Assembly (NCBI GenBank): GCA_045863855.1 | Contig: BTVV01000053.1 | Span: forward strand, 1 to 38,924 | Source of the DNA: Planctomycetota bacterium | GTDB taxonomy: Bacteria; Planctomycetota; SZUA-567; H5-PLA8 | Length of the DNA: 38,924 nucleotides | Reading direction: 5' to 3' | In this document: positions 38,920 to 38,924 of the stretch, one piece after another | Numbering within the stretch: the first letter of the stretch is position 1 | Layout: every line of letters starts with the position of its first letter | Notes under the pieces: model-generated | Database searches by the model: none | What the model was told of the DNA's origin: nothing | The model's input: the letters and a program-made list of their open reading frames with translations, nothing else | Translations under genes and position numbers: made by a program

Positions 38920-38924
38920 GCGTT

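Overview
High-GC bacterial chromosomal window, most likely Planctomycetota (inferred from gene content and protein styles, not from a marker search). Positions 1-~1750 are visibly AT-richer than the rest and look like the right end of an integrated element. They end in the displaced 3' half of a tRNA-Leu(CAA) gene (anticodon loop to CCA, 1749-1805), preceded by three tandem GTTATAC repeats resembling integrase arm sites. The element end carries a self-contained minus-strand two-gene unit: a sigma70-type promoter, a 67-aa ORF, and an overlapping >393-aa papain-like (Cys-His-Asp) peptidase-like gene. That gene is absent from the supplied ORF track because it runs off the window edge. This unit is the best candidate for an undescribed accessory system, possibly anti-phage or toxin/antitoxin-like. 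The host backbone contains nuoA-I (without nuoJ-N), an orphan ABC solute-binding protein with a C-terminal membrane anchor, guaB, a dksA/traR-like gene, lspA, a PKD protein, a divergent cmk and a TPM-domain protein. It continues with a glycan-utilisation cluster (heparinase II/III-like, GH123-like, GntR-LacI regulator with paired operators), an acyl-CoA synthetase, two tandem DUF2007-like membrane proteins, a Zn-ribbon/coiled-coil/Imm5-like protein and recA. The window ends with an HtrA protease, a 168-bp palindromic MITE-like element, a DUF1570-like TPR metallopeptidase and a DUF4139-like protein. All family assignments are from motif recognition by eye; no searches were run.
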